Positions 14,980-27,394 are shown, counted from the stretch's first letter. The stretch is DNA of 64,000 nucleotides from Octopus vulgaris (GCA_951406725.2 OX597815.1:171058001-171122000), one strand, 5' to 3'. Numbers and translations are program-made. The notes: generated by a model from the letters alone, not told the origin.

Positions 14980-15640
14980 TAGAAGAATCGTGATGCATCT
15001 AAGACACTAGAGCCAGGAAACAGAAAGCTGAGAGGGCTTTCTCCTAAGAATAGCATAACTTGCTCTCATCTGAGATTCTAGAGGGAAGAGATTCTAAACT
15101 CATACAAATCTGACAAGTACAGAATTGTCGGTTTTCAGCTAAAACTCCAGAGCAAAGAGACGAAAGAGTGAGACGTATCTCAAGCAAACCAACATAGTCT
15201 TGCATTTGAGACCAAAGAAAACAGGGAAGCAAATTTAGAAAACCTGGCACATTTCCAACTGGCTCATCTTTCTGTTAGGTCAGAATCAACCTGGATTAAA
15301 CAGCTAATTTAAAAATGCTTTGAGAAGTTCCATCGAGATAGTAAAGCAAAAAAAAAAAAAAAAGATAGAAAACCAAGTGTTCAAAAAAGAAAGACTGGAC
15401 TATTGAAAGAATGTTACTGAGGAACCACATCCGGGACCTGGATGCACTCTCTGTGCTACCGTAACATTATGAAGAGACTCTCATCTCCAATGTTTGTCTT
15501 CACTGCAAAGCTTATTGATGAACAAGAGAACAAAAATCTTTATGTTGCTTGGATGGAAATCTGAAACTTGCTCCACTGTCGCCTTTCCGTCAAAGATAGT
15601 TAAACAGTTTGATATTGCCCGGTGAAGAAGGAGTTTCTCT
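14980..15640 (+). pseudogene. Helitron RepHel N-terminal relic (STPR-like 23-aa repeats and zinc finger)
   Basis: Repeats LSSEILEGRDSKLIQI*QVQNCR / FSAKTPEQRDERVRRI / LAFETKENREANLENLAHFQLAH. At 15486: SNVCLHCKAY**TREQKSLCCLDGNLKLAPLSPF, matching the Helitron CxHCxAxxWxxExxxxCCxxGKVxLPxL motif. Confidence 0.8.
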
Positions 15641-16249
15641 TTTGTAATTATAATTTATAGCTTAGTAGGACGTCATAGATGTTAGTGATCTAGTGAAACG
15701 TTTATCATATGATAAACGTTTAGATGATGAAATGAATAAAGGCCTACCAGGTAAATTAAAATGAGAATGCAAAAGAGTGTTACTACGTAACACAAAGCAT
15801 AGCTCAATATTTAATAGAAATATAATATAGACTAAGGTTAGGAATATTTTATCATTAGCTAGGACTCTTTTCTAGCCAACTATAAATACTATACTGTTTG
15901 CTAATCAATATTTTAAAAAATGGGTGAAATTGAAGTATAGCTTCATAGTGAATTGTTGATGACATGAAAAGCAAGCTCTAAACTACTTTTGAAAATAACA
16001 AGTCAAAATTTCGAAATAACTATATTGTGAAGACAAATAATTCACCCAATAAGAAGGCATTGAGTGAATTGGAAAAAGTTAGCATGAGGCCAACAGAACC
16101 AAAGTTACACTTAGAGAGTAGTAAAAATGAAAATAAAAGATATTACATTGGAATCAGTTACGGTAGAGTCAAAAGTTGTTTTCAGGGTCCATAGTATTAC
16201 CTATAATTATGAGAAGATACAAAACAGGACTAGGAGAGCAAATCGATGA

Positions 16250-16370
16250 ATCATCGGAGTTGATAGTATGTTGGACAGAATGCTTCGCAGTATTTGTTCA
16301 AACATCTTGCGCTCTGAGATCAAATCCTGCGAAGTTCAATTTTGCTTTCCATTCCTCAGGGCTGATAAAA
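16250..16370 (+). mobile_element. old family 1-like SINE fragment
   Basis: GCTCTGAGATCAAATCCTGCGAAGTTCAATTTTGCTTTCCATTCCTCAGGGCTGATAAAA is a degenerate core. Confidence 0.55.
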
Positions 16371-17309
16371 AAGGAGAATAACAATCTAGGGTGCAAGATA
16401 AACAGAACTGCAAAAACAATTAGACAGAATGTCGTGGAGTATCTGCTCCCGCACTTTGCGTTTAGAGTTCAAATCCCGTAATGGGCTACATAAATAGTAA
16501 CGAGTCGACCACATCTTGACGACTTGGGTGACTTTAGCAGATTCAATTCTCTTACGAGCATTGTGACTAGATCTCCGTTTTAAGGATACCGTCCATCTTC
16601 TACACTACCACCAGCCTTTGGAGGTCATACCTTCCTCTGTTTTCCTACTTTTGTAGTCAAGAGAAAAAGCGGTAACTTGTGAGAAATGCGTTTGCTTCTG
16701 ATTTAATAAACAAAATATATGGAAGCTTCTACTCGGAAGACCGACATACGAGAAGTAGCAAATTAATCTTCCTTAAAATACTGAGCAATGTACTACATGA
16801 TATAAAATGATTGCAAGGTCATGTTTTGTAATCAGAACTGACCTGAAACTAAAAATCCACAACTATGCTCGATAGGGTCAATGACACATCTAAGTAAAGC
16901 TAAATAATAACACATTTTCAAAGTAGAATAATATATTTCATGTTGTGTCAGAATATATTAAACAACAGATCAGCTGAAAGTGTGAAACTCACTTTCACAT
17001 CATTTCCAATGCTAAGTGGCATCACTCAGCCCCTAACTGTATTTAATTATTATTTTCCAATGCTATGCTAACAGAAAAGTGTGTAGTCGTTGCCTAAATT
17101 GAATATTAAAACAGTGTGTGTGTGTGTGTATACGTGTATGTGTGTGAGTGAGCGTATGTCTGTTTTACGAATATATATATATATATATATAAATATATAT
17201 ACATATATATGTATATATATGTATGTATATATATATATATGTATGTATATATATATATATATATATACATATATATGTATATATATGTATGTATATATAT
17301 ATATATGTA

Positions 17310-17341
<32 letters not shown>

Positions 17342-17470
17342 GGTATATTTATGTGTGTATATATATATATATATATATAATATTATTAGAGACAAAACCA
17401 CTATTTTGCAAAACAAACAAGGAAAGACTTAAGCAATACATTAAATTTTAATAAAAAGTCAAAAAAACCG

Positions 17471-17513
17471 CCACTACAATTGTTTCTTGTCCTGATCGAC
17501 AATCTTCAGGTGG
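17471..17513 (-). ncRNA. minimal type I hammerhead ribozyme (left arm)
   Basis: Exact reverse complement of 20101-20143. Confidence 0.8.
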
Positions 17514-17649
17514 ACTTCCAATCTAAAATATCAATATTTTAAAATATAAAAATAATAATTTTAAAATAATTAAAGTATTAATGAAAAAATATAAATATAT
17601 AATCTATATATAACCTATATATAATCCATATATAATCAATATATAAACA

Positions 17650-19699
17650 ATGTTCCTATGGTAACGTAATTTTGGTTTGATTTTTTTAACAGCTTAGAAT
17701 TTAATTTCACTTCATAATTTGAAACTGACTTGAAAGTACGTATATTATTTCTCCTTATGTCATATTGTTATTTTTGATATTCTGGTTAATTACGATGTAT
17801 TTTATATATCGTATTATGTGTAATAATGTTGTTTTTCTTTGGAGTGTTTATGTATGTGAGATTGTGTGTGAGTGTGTGCGTATTTTAGTTGTATAATTTA
17901 TTTATCTGTATGAGTGTGGGTGTGTAAATATTGTTGTATATATCGAGTTTAGTGAGTATGTATATGCGTATATGTGAGGGAGTATATGTATATGTTGTAT
18001 GTGTGTGTTTTACGTATGTATATTTGTGTGTGAATGTGTATATGGGTTTGTTATATAGGTTTGGGGATGTATGTGTTAATTTATCTGTGTGGGGAGGGAG
18101 TGGGTTTTTGGTGTATATTGAGGTTTATACGTTAGTATAGGTATGTGTGAGTGAGGTGGGTATTTGTATAAGTCGTGGGTCTGTGGTTTACGTGTGTGTA
18201 TTTGTGTGTGAATGTTTAGGTTAGGGGGATTGCTATATAGGTTTGTTATAGAGTTTAGCAAAGGGAGATTTTATCATTATATGTTTTTATGAGTTTTAGT
18301 TTATCATGGTAGTTTTATTAAAGAATTCGTAGTAATTTGCCTATTTACGATGTTTGTTATTTTATTACATTATTTCATTCATAATTTTTAAGTAATGTTC
18401 GTTTTACCACGTGAATATTATTTTTAATTCCATTTATTCCATTTCTCCATTCATAATTTTTAAAAGATGTTCGTTTCCAGAGCGGGAATACTATTTATAC
18501 ATATGTTAGGTTCCTTGGTAACGTAATTTTGTTTGGTGTATATGTTGAGGCTTATATGTACTTATAGGTATGTGTGAATGAGGTGGGTATTTGTATTTGT
18601 TATGGGTGTGTGGTTTACGTGTGTGTATTTGTGTGTGAATGTATAGGTTAAAGGGATTGCTATATAAGTATGTTATAGGGTTTAGTAAAGGGAGGTTTTA
18701 TCATTTATGTTTTTATGAGTTTTAATTTATCATGGTAGTTTTATTAAAGAATCCATTCATAATTTTTTTAAATAATGTTAGTTTACCGCGTGAATATAAT
18801 TTTTAATTCTATTTATTCTATTTCTCCATTCATAATTTTAAATGACGTTTGCTTCCATAGCGCGTATTCTTTTTATACATAAGTTATGTTCCTATGGTAA
18901 CGTAATTTTGGTTTGATGTTTTTAACGGCTTAGAATTTAATTTCACTTCATAATTTGAAACTGACTTGAAAGTATGTATATTATTTCTCCTTATGTCATA
19001 TTGTTATTTTTGATATTCTGGTTACTTACGATGTATTTTATATATCGTATTATGTGTAATAATGTTGTTTTTCTTTGGAGTGTTTATGTATGTGGGATTG
19101 TGTGTGAGTGTGTGCGTATTTTAGTTGTATAATTTATTTATCTGTATGAGTGTGGGTGTGTTAATATTGTTGTATATATCGAGTTTAGTGAGTGTGTATA
19201 TGTATATGGTGTGTGTTTTACGTATATATATTTGTGTGTGAATGTGTTTATGGGTTTGCTATATAGGTTTGGGGATGTATGTGTTTATTTATCTGTGTGG
19301 GGTTGAGTGGGTTTTTGGAGTATATATTGAGGTTTATATGTATGTATAGGTATGTGTGAGTGAGGTGGGTATTTGTATATGTCGTGGGTGTGTGGTTTAC
19401 GTGTGTGTATTTGTGTGTGAATGTTTAGGTTAGGGGGATTGCTATATAGGTATGTTATAGAGTTTAGTAAAGGGAGATTTTATTATTATATGTTTTTATG
19501 AGTTTTAGTTTATCATGGTAGTTTTATTAAAGAATTCGTAGTAATTTATGTCTATTTACGATGTCTGTTATTTTATTACATTATTTCATTCATAATTTTT
19601 AAGTAATGTTCGTTTTACCAAGTGAATATAATTTTTAATTCCATTTATTCCATTTCTCCATTCATAATTTTAAATGATGTCCGTTTCTAGAGCGGGAAT
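17650..19699. repeat. internal tandem duplication: 17650-18489 ~ 18886-19699, with a partial third copy at 18490-18885
   Basis: Both long copies begin ATGTTCCTATGGTAACGTAATTTTGG and end AGAGCGGGAAT. They are colinear with scattered substitutions and indels. Confidence 0.92.
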
Positions 19700-20100
19700 G
19701 TGGGTTGTATGTGTGTGTGAGGGAGTATGAATAAGTATTGTGTTGAAGTATTTGGCTATTTTATTTATTTATCGTTGCCTAGACGTTTTTATGTGTATGT
19801 ATAGGGATATATTTATAGGTGTGTGATTTAGTGTATGTATTTAGATATGGTTATATATAATTAGTTATATGTCTATGGCTGTGTATATATAGTTTATTTT
19901 TTGTTTTGTTTTATATTTTATATTTTATATTTAATTGTTCATAGGTTTATTTTAGTTTATATATTGTTTATATATTGATTATATATGGATTATATATAGG
20001 TTATATATAGATTATATATTTATATTTTTTCATTAATACTTTAATTATTTTAAAATTATTATTTTTATATTTTAAAATATTGATATTTTAGATTGGAAGT

Positions 20101-20143
20101 CCACCTGAAGATTGTCGATCAGGACAAGAAACAATTGTAGTGG
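20101..20143 (+). ncRNA. minimal type I hammerhead ribozyme (right arm)
   Basis: CCAC-CTGAAGA-TTGTC(GATCAG)GACAA-GAA-AC(AATT)GT-A-GTGG. Stem I CCAC/GTGG, CUGANGA core, 5-bp stem II, GAAA, palindromic stem III ACAATTGT, GUA cleavage triplet (cut after 20139). Confidence 0.82.
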
Positions 20144-20351
20144 CGGTTTTTTTGACTTTTTATTAAAATTTTATGTATTGATTAAGTCTTTCCTTGTTTG
20201 TTTTGCAAAATAGTGGTTTTGTCTCTAATAATATTATATAATATTTTACTATAAAATTGGATTTAATCCTAAATCTGATTTTTTCCCTGTAAATTTGGAT
20301 TTATTCCTAATATTTATTATATATATATATATATATATATACAGGTATATT

Positions 20352-20385
<34 letters not shown>

Positions 20386-20455
20386 CAGGTATATTTATGT
20401 GTATATATATATATACAGATATATTTATGTATATATATATATATACAGATATATT

Positions 20456-20497
<42 letters not shown>

Positions 20498-21945
20498 CAA
20501 ATGAATATCTGTAGAAATTAAGGATTTCGTATTTTTCTCTGTTTTCTGTCTATCTTTCTCTTTTGAAAATCTTCAAGCTGGAAGATGTCTAGCTTAATTA
20601 GCAGCTTACCTCTTTCCCGGCATCGCAGACACCATTACAGAATTCAGAAGAAGAAAGTACAATTAGACATTACAACATGACCTAATGATAAAATAATAGA
20701 TACTGAAAGGTGAGGGAAAAGGTGTTTTGCAATTGAAAACTTATGCTTCAGCAACACGTTCTGAAACAGCATTAACAATGTTGTATGGATAATTTTCAAA
20801 AAGAAACAACATGAAATAATAATAAGCCAACCCGAAAACAACGGTGATAAAATCAACAGCAATAATGTCAGTTACAGCTATACAAAATGTTGCAATGGAC
20901 CATATGGTCTAGCGTTGCTACATAAAGCAATAGTATTATTTGCAATGCCGATGCTTCCATTCTTCTCCACAAAAACAGAAGCGGTTATTTCTTTATATTC
21001 TATATCATAAGTATCGGGAGCTATGGTTATACTATTGGTAATAACTTTCCAGAGAAAAAAAATATCATTAGTTCATGGCGTTGGGAAGAATGTAAAAAGC
21101 AGGACATTGTGAGTCGGGTGGAATAAATGAAATATCTTTTTCATCGTCGTATCGGTCAATCAATAATTTGTAAATATTTCACGCTCACACACACAAACAA
21201 ACTTACACATGATATATATTTCTCTTGCCAATATATATATATATATATATATGATCAGAAAATGAAGTAAACCTCAGATCAACAGACGAATCAATTGGAC
21301 CACATCTAAAGCATAATATTTAATACAAAATATGACAGAACATTTATGTTATATATATATATATATAATGATGTGACTGTGTTGTTATATTAATAGGAGT
21401 GAGAGCATGTATATTTGTCTCTGAATTTATGTATCAGTCAGAGATTCGATACAAATATGGACACACACACACACACACATGCACGCACGCACGCACGCAC
21501 GCATGCACAACCACACTCACACAGAAAAATCTATAGAAACAGATACGAGCAGAAATGTATGTCGGATCTCTGTCCTTTTAAACTAAAATATGAAAGATAT
21601 ATTGAACAATGTAGATTTTGCTATACCAAAGACAGAATAGTCACGACTTGCACGCCACTTACCATAGCTTAGTTCGATCAGATTAATACGGTGCTAAAAA
21701 AACTAATATCAAGGGCTTCTACTGTGTAGGTGAAGCTGCTAGAAACCCACAGTTCCCTACTGCGTAATATAGCGGAAAGGTACATTAGAGAAGGAAGACC
21801 CAACTAAAGACGTAGATGTCCCAAACTGGAAAGCGTCATCATAGATCTGTTCATGTAAGAAGTACTCGGTGAAATCTCTCTAAAGCCACATATCTTAGTG
21901 CCTTCCGATTGAAAAATACATACTTACATACATACATACATACCC

Positions 21946-21991
<46 letters not shown>

Positions 21992-22099
21992 TGTCTTTCG
22001 AAAATTTCTGTATACGAACCGCAAAAGTAGTGTTCATCGGCTCTTTAACGTGGTGATAAAGTTAGTGGCGGTAAAACCTACCTTCTATATATATATATA

Positions 22100-22482
22100 C
22101 TAGCAGTATCGCCCGGCGTTGCTCAGGTTTGTAAGGAAATAACTATAAAGCATTTTTAGAGAGTTATAGCCAAAAAATAGCAAAAAAATGGAAAAAAAAT
22201 GATGGTAAATTTTTTTTGAGAGTTAAAAAAGTTAGAGTTGCGTCCCCTAGACGGTCTGTGGTTTGGGTTTCTAATTCTCGACCCCATGTCGAATTTATCG
22301 ATTTTTTCAGAACTGGGGGAACTTTTCAAAATTTTCGCTGCGTTAGTTTTGAATTATGACATTGGGCTATGTGTGTGTCAAGTTTCATCAGAATCGGTTG
22401 AAAGCCGTGGTCAGAGTGAGGGTACGAGAAAACAGACACACAGAAACACGCACAGACAAACTGCCGTTTATATAGAGAGAGA
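22100..22482 (-). mobile_element. non-autonomous Helitron (383 bp)
   Basis: Minus strand starts A|TCTCTCTCTATATAAACGGC and ends ACCTGAGCAACGCCGGGCGATACTGCTAG|T. This gives a 5' TC, subterminal GC hairpin, 3' CTAG, AT target and no TSD. Confidence 0.88.
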
Positions 22483-22496
22483 TATTTATATATATA

Positions 22497-22635
22497 CCTT
22501 ACTTCTTCAGTTATTAAACAGTGGCAATGCTGGGGCCCTGCCTTGATGGGTTTAGTCAACTCCAGTACTTATCTTTTAAGCCTGGCACTTAGTTGTTCTC
22601 TTTTGCCGCAGCACGAGGTTATGGAAACGTAAACA
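22497..22635 (-). mobile_element. family 2 SINE 3' fragment
   Basis: Degenerate reverse complement of the family 2 tail (GCTCCAGCATGGCCGCAGTCAAATGACTGAA). Confidence 0.6.
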
Positions 22636-22649
22636 ATATATACATGCAT

Positions 22650-22890
22650 ATATGGGTACAGGACATCGAAAAAACGTTGAACACAATGAGAAACGAAAAC
22701 ATAAAAGCAAAAGCATAGAAAACGAACTTTTTTTGCGAACAACGAAAAAAACAGAGAAACGAGACATACAACATAAAGAATATTCCCCTTCTTCAGTTGT
22801 CCCTGTTCCATCTACTCTACGTTCGAAGGCAAGGACAAGACGCTGCATCGTTGAAACAGTCCTTCCCGCAAAGCAAATTAAATAAACAGT
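22650..22890 (-). mobile_element. interspersed repeat, possibly Penelope pLTR-derived, with hammerhead-like core words
   Basis: Minus strand CCTTCGAACGTAG...GGGACAACTGAAGAAGGGG followed by a T-rich tail, bounded by TA/TG microsatellites. Family assignment is inference. Confidence 0.4.
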
Positions 22891-22924
22891 GAGAACAAAA
22901 CAGTAAAAAGAACAGATATATATA

Positions 22925-23195
22925 TATGTGTGTGTGTGTGTGTGTCTGTGTCTGTGTGTGCGTCTGTGTGTGTGCTTGTGTGCATGTATTAGTGTCTGTT
23001 TTTGTCCCCCCACCACCATCTCTTCACAACCGATGCTGGTGTGTTTACGTATCCGTGCATTAGCGATTCGGCAAAAGAAGCCGAAAGAGTAAGTACTAGG
23101 CTTACAAAGAATAAGTCCTGGAGGTCGATTTGTCCGACTGAATGCAGTGCTCCAGCATGGCCGCAGTCAAATGACTAAAACAAGTAAAAAAGAAT
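22925..23195 (+). mobile_element. family 2 SINE 3' half
   Basis: (TG)n-TTTGTCCCCCC...ACAACCGATGCTGGTGTGTTTACGT...AAGTACTAGGCTTACAAAGAATAAGTCCTGG...GCTCCAGCATGGCCGCAGTCAAATGACT matches 53720-53924. Confidence 0.88.
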
Positions 23196-25130
23196 ACGTT
23201 AACGGTAAGTGTATGTTGTGGTAAACAATGCGTTAATCTATGGCATTGATCTGTTTGGACCCATTATGCTAATAGCTCTATCTTTACAAACTCTAGAAAA
23301 GAATTGTTTAAGCACTTGAGTGTGAGTAATCGTAACTTAATACATCCTGTGGGTTAGTGCAGGATTAGTGTGACACTAATAATGACAACAGATAGGTTAC
23401 TCACACTAAAACACACTTAATATAACATGCTCATATATATATATATTATTGTTAATCTATTTCAAGGTGACGTCCAAGATTTGCCAATAGGCCAATAGGA
23501 GTGTGTCGTCCAGATAACAGGCACAGGATGCCAACAAGTACCGAAACATTGATGTCACTGTCAGTAAAAGTGTGAATAATCTCACGCCCAGTACTTACAG
23601 TGATTCACTTTGTTTAGTTAATATTCACAGGATTTATACTTATACGAACATCCTTTAATTATGTGTATTTGTGTATATATATATATACATACACACGCAC
23701 ACATATATATACACACACATTAACATGTGTGCGTGTGTGTGTATGTATGTATGTATGTATGTATGTATGTATGTATGTATGTATGTATGTATGTATGTAT
23801 GCATCTATGTATGTAGTATGTATGCATCTATGTATGTAGAACAGTTGTTGCTTTCTTCGAAACGTGTTATAAAAAAAATATGCCTCAGTTCAGTTGTGTT
23901 TTTATTAAAGATTTCTCCCAGATTCTTGCAGCTAAAATTAAAATGAGATTAAAATCATCTCCTGATAATAAATCAAAATAGACACATCATGCTTTGAATG
24001 TTTCCTTGAAAAAGCAGATATAATACACGGTACGAATATTCATGTAACAAATTTTGAAAAAAGCACAGTCTAGCTATATCGATGCAGTAAGGAACTATGG
24101 TTTTATTAACAAAATAGGATGGGATAAGAAAGAGCCATGAAAAATTCGTGAGTATCAGGAATTTTTCATAATCAACACACACACACACACACAAACACAT
24201 ACTTCCTCGGTCACACTCTCTCACTGTCTCTTTCTCTCTTTCTCACACACTCATATACATAATGGATAGTTATATCCATTTCACACTTGCGTGACATGCA
24301 GAAGAGTACTCAATAACGTTAGCTAGAGTAAAATAACATTGTTTACATTAGGCCAATTCTGCACGTGAATCTCTTCGCGGTTCCTCGTGTCTGATCTTCA
24401 GGCGACTAAAGGTCGGAAAGGAGAATTCCAACTAGTGAACTCACACAGACTCAGCTTATAATAAATAGTGTGTGTGTGTGAGTGCCTGTGTCAGTGAATA
24501 TGTGAGTGTTTGTGTGCGTGCGTGTCAAATTGTTTACTTGAGATTTTATGCTGCTGTATTTATTTGTGGTTTTGCTTTTAATCTGAGCGTCATAGATCCC
24601 GTGTAGGGTGTATTCGTTTCTAAGGAGAACTACACTTCTCTGAGGTCAGTAAATCGCTGTTCTCCCTACCTCCTTCTCCAGCATTACAATCCATCCCACA
24701 CTACTACTATTCTTGCATCATTAATACGGACATCTTCACTACAGCTACCACATCTCATAATGACACCCCCTGCTGATATATATAAATAATAAGGCAAAGA
24801 CGCTTAGAGTGGATAAACATAGATTTATCTGTAATCTCTTGATTATTCAATATGATAATTGCTGTAGTTATCTTTGGCAGCTCACATATATTTTTTCATA
24901 GGAGCAGCATGAGCTAACGGAGGATTAACGTTACACAGCATCTGCGATATATAACACCAGTAGATGTTTCTTGATCTACTTAGCAAGCCTCTGTGTTCCT
25001 TTCTTGCAATGACGTTAATGCATAACACTGTATTAAAACTAAATAATTAGCAACAAATGACAACAACAAAAATAAATATACGAGATTAAAACATATAGAA
25101 CACATGCAAAGATAATTATATACACACATG

Positions 25131-26272
25131 TACGCAGGTTGTACCGAAAGTAATGTAAAACCGTAACATTTTATTAACTGACATAGGTCGTTCAAATTGC
25201 ACCTCTTACTAGAGAAACTCTTCTCCTATATTAATTCTTCTCGTTCTTTTTCATTGCAAATGATTATTTCCCAGCTGAAGCAACGTTCCATGAATGAAAT
25301 TTTGACAAAGTGGGCAGGGTAAGGGGCAGGCTGCCCAACATTTATGGAAGGCTAGAAACTGTTAACAAAGATGATATCATAGGCACCAGCAATGTTCATA
25401 AATGGTTGGAACAGTTTAAGGATGGGAAAACTAGTGTTTTATACAAACCAAACAATGAGAGACTACCAGTTTCAATCACTGACTCGAATCAATAGCGAAC
25501 GGACGGAGAAGTCATAATTCGTGAGCTTCCTGCATAACTGAAATGTGGTCACAGTGCATTACAGAAGGCAATGGAAAACGTTGGGTTTCGGAAAGTGTGT
25601 GCAAAGTGGATACCTGGGTTATTGATAATGGATTTGAAGGCGAGAACGGTGGAAGTTTGCACTGATCTACTGGAAGCGTCTGACTGTAATGAAGACAATT
25701 TTCTTCCGCTCTACTGACAGACGATGAAACATGGCCTTACTTTTATGTTCTGGAAATAAAGCTTTGTATATAGAATAACGTCACGCCTTTTCTCTATGGC
25801 CTGAGAGGTTAACGAGCCAGTAATCAGCACATAAAGTCATGGTGTCTTTTGGGGGTGTCATTATTCTTGATTTTCTGTAATGTTGTCGTACTGTGAACAA
25901 CAAGCAGTAAATTTAAACACTCAAGAAACTTAGAGAAGTTATTAAGATGTAGAGATTGGACAAGAATTTGAAAAGATCCACAATCACCATGACCAAAAAA
26001 TCAGACAACTGACAAATTAGGCTGCTCAGTGGTTCCCCAGCTACCATACAGCTTAGATTTCGCCCCCTCCAACTCCCACCTGTTTGCTCCAAAAGAACAG
26101 TTTTGAGAAACAATAATTTGATGACACAGACAAAGTGAATAAGTAAATACAACAGTGCATACTTGAAATTTTTCGAATAATATTTGAGTGTTGGGTTCAG
26201 TGATGGTGCAAATGTATTGCTTGCGATGGAGGTTATGTTGTCTGATGCCTTTGTATAGAGAAAGCATTACTC
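25131..26272 (+). mobile_element. mariner (Tc1/mariner) transposon, pseudogenised
   Basis: TA-CGCAGGTTGTACCGAAAGTAATG terminal repeat-like start with a CATTACT remnant at 26265. HTH region NIYGRLETVNKDDIIGTSNVHKWLEQFKDGKTSV (ORF 25310-25495), GFRKVCAKWIPGLL (WVPxxL motif) and TDDETW (first catalytic D). Stops and frameshifts present. Confidence 0.9.
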
Positions 26273-26891
26273 AGTCACTAGTTCAAGATGGGGGGGGCAC
26301 ATATGGAATACATACATGCATAAATGTATTTAGAAATCAATAAAAATGTCCTCGACAGATCAGTGGGCCTGTTTCACTTTCTTCCCTTGCTCTCTCACAT
26401 CTCTCTCCCTCTCTTTCTCTCTCTCTTTCTCTCTGTATTTATACATATACACATGCATGCAGAATCAGAGTGCGCTGAAAGCCTTAAGCATCTTAACAAA
26501 CAATAATGAAATTAAACTGAAAGATTCTTTGAAATTTAGCTAAACCAAAAAATACTACTAATAAATTTTCTTCCTGTAAATGAACAGCACAAGAATTCAA
26601 AGACTGAGCCTTTGATAATTTGATAGTGGTAATAAAAGAAAAATAACACCAACAGTTAAATTTTCCAGTATGACATGAAACGGTCGTCTTGTTTTGGCCT
26701 TTATTTGTTTGTTCTTCATTATTTATACTCTTGAGGGTGAATGTAATTGGTTGAAGTTGATGCAAATTCACATTTGAATTTTTGCAGGATGATAAATGAA
26801 GTATTCCAGAAAGATGCAGCGCTTGACTAAATATATATATACACACACGCGCACGCACATGCCACCACCACCACACACACACACATATAAA

Positions 26892-26973
26892 CTGGTACTC
26901 CGTCTGTTACGACGACGAGTGCATCAGTTGGTCCGATCATCGGAACGGCCTGCTCGTAAAATTAACGTGCAAG
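26892..26973 (-). mobile_element. family 3 SINE 3' end
   Basis: GGTACTCCGTCTGTTACGACGACGAG...CGGAACGGCCTGCTCGTAAAATTAACGTGCAAG matches 38758-38840. Confidence 0.85.
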
Positions 26974-26974
26974 C

Positions 26975-27385
26975 ATTGGGTCATTCCATAAATAATGCAG
27001 GATTTTTTATACTTCTTTTATTTTTCAAAATTAAGATAAAGTCCTTTTTTAATCTAAAATATACTCTGCTTCATTTTCTACAATATTCTTCCATCTATCT
27101 GGAAGAGCATATACTCCTCTGATCCTATTCTGACCGCGTCTACAGAATTCATATTTTTCCGTCTAAATGAGTTTGAAGACTAAGGAATAAATGATAATCA
27201 GATGGGGATAATGATCGGCGTATATGGCGAGTGGGGCATTATTTCCCATTCAAACTGCTCCACCCTTTCGAATGTCATCCTCTCTGTATGTGACCAAGCA
27301 TTATCTTGATCGAAGAACACCCGTCGTCTTGAAACCAAAGATGGTCGTTTTTCTTCTAGCTCTAACTTGAATGACTGGTTGAAGA
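26975..27385 (-). mobile_element. second mariner family, 3' fragment with terminal repeat
   Basis: ORF 27198-27422 KRPSLVSRRRVFFDQDNAWSHT...FEWEIMPHSPYTP matches the mariner HQDNARPH and HPPYSPD motifs. TTGGGTCATTCCATAAATAATGC terminal repeat-like end at 26976. Confidence 0.85.
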
Positions 27386-27394
27386 GCCGAGGAC

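Larger units (their letters stand above)
17374..20315 (+). mobile_element. non-coding Penelope-like or retrozyme-like element with inverted pseudo-LTR arms, inserted in (TA)n
   Basis: Left arm 17374-17651 is the reverse complement of 19963-20240 (278 bp, two mismatches seen). Each arm carries a hammerhead motif. Internal tandem duplication, TA microsatellite on both flanks, no RT ORF. Confidence 0.8.

Noticed and set aside
15700-16000. Possible second hAT transposase fragment (YYVTQSIAQ)
   Set aside because: Only one weak motif was seen, which is insufficient.
20605-20685. Minus-strand exon candidate (TTTTATCATTAG acceptor, AG|GTAAG donor)
   Set aside because: All three frames contain stops and no partner exons were found. 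It could be a UTR or lncRNA exon but cannot be supported without RNA data.
23465-23510. Tandem GCCAATAG boxes with TGACGT (promoter-like); similar GC-box and TGACGT at 58240-58262
   Set aside because: Short motifs with no downstream gene evidence; the first is explained by an 8-bp duplication.
24375-24412. Hammerhead-like CTGAAGA...GAAC on the minus strand; similar CTGATGA/CTGAAGA words at ~4315, ~32693 and ~35975
   Set aside because: GAAA and/or the pairing stems are missing; at best these are dead relics.
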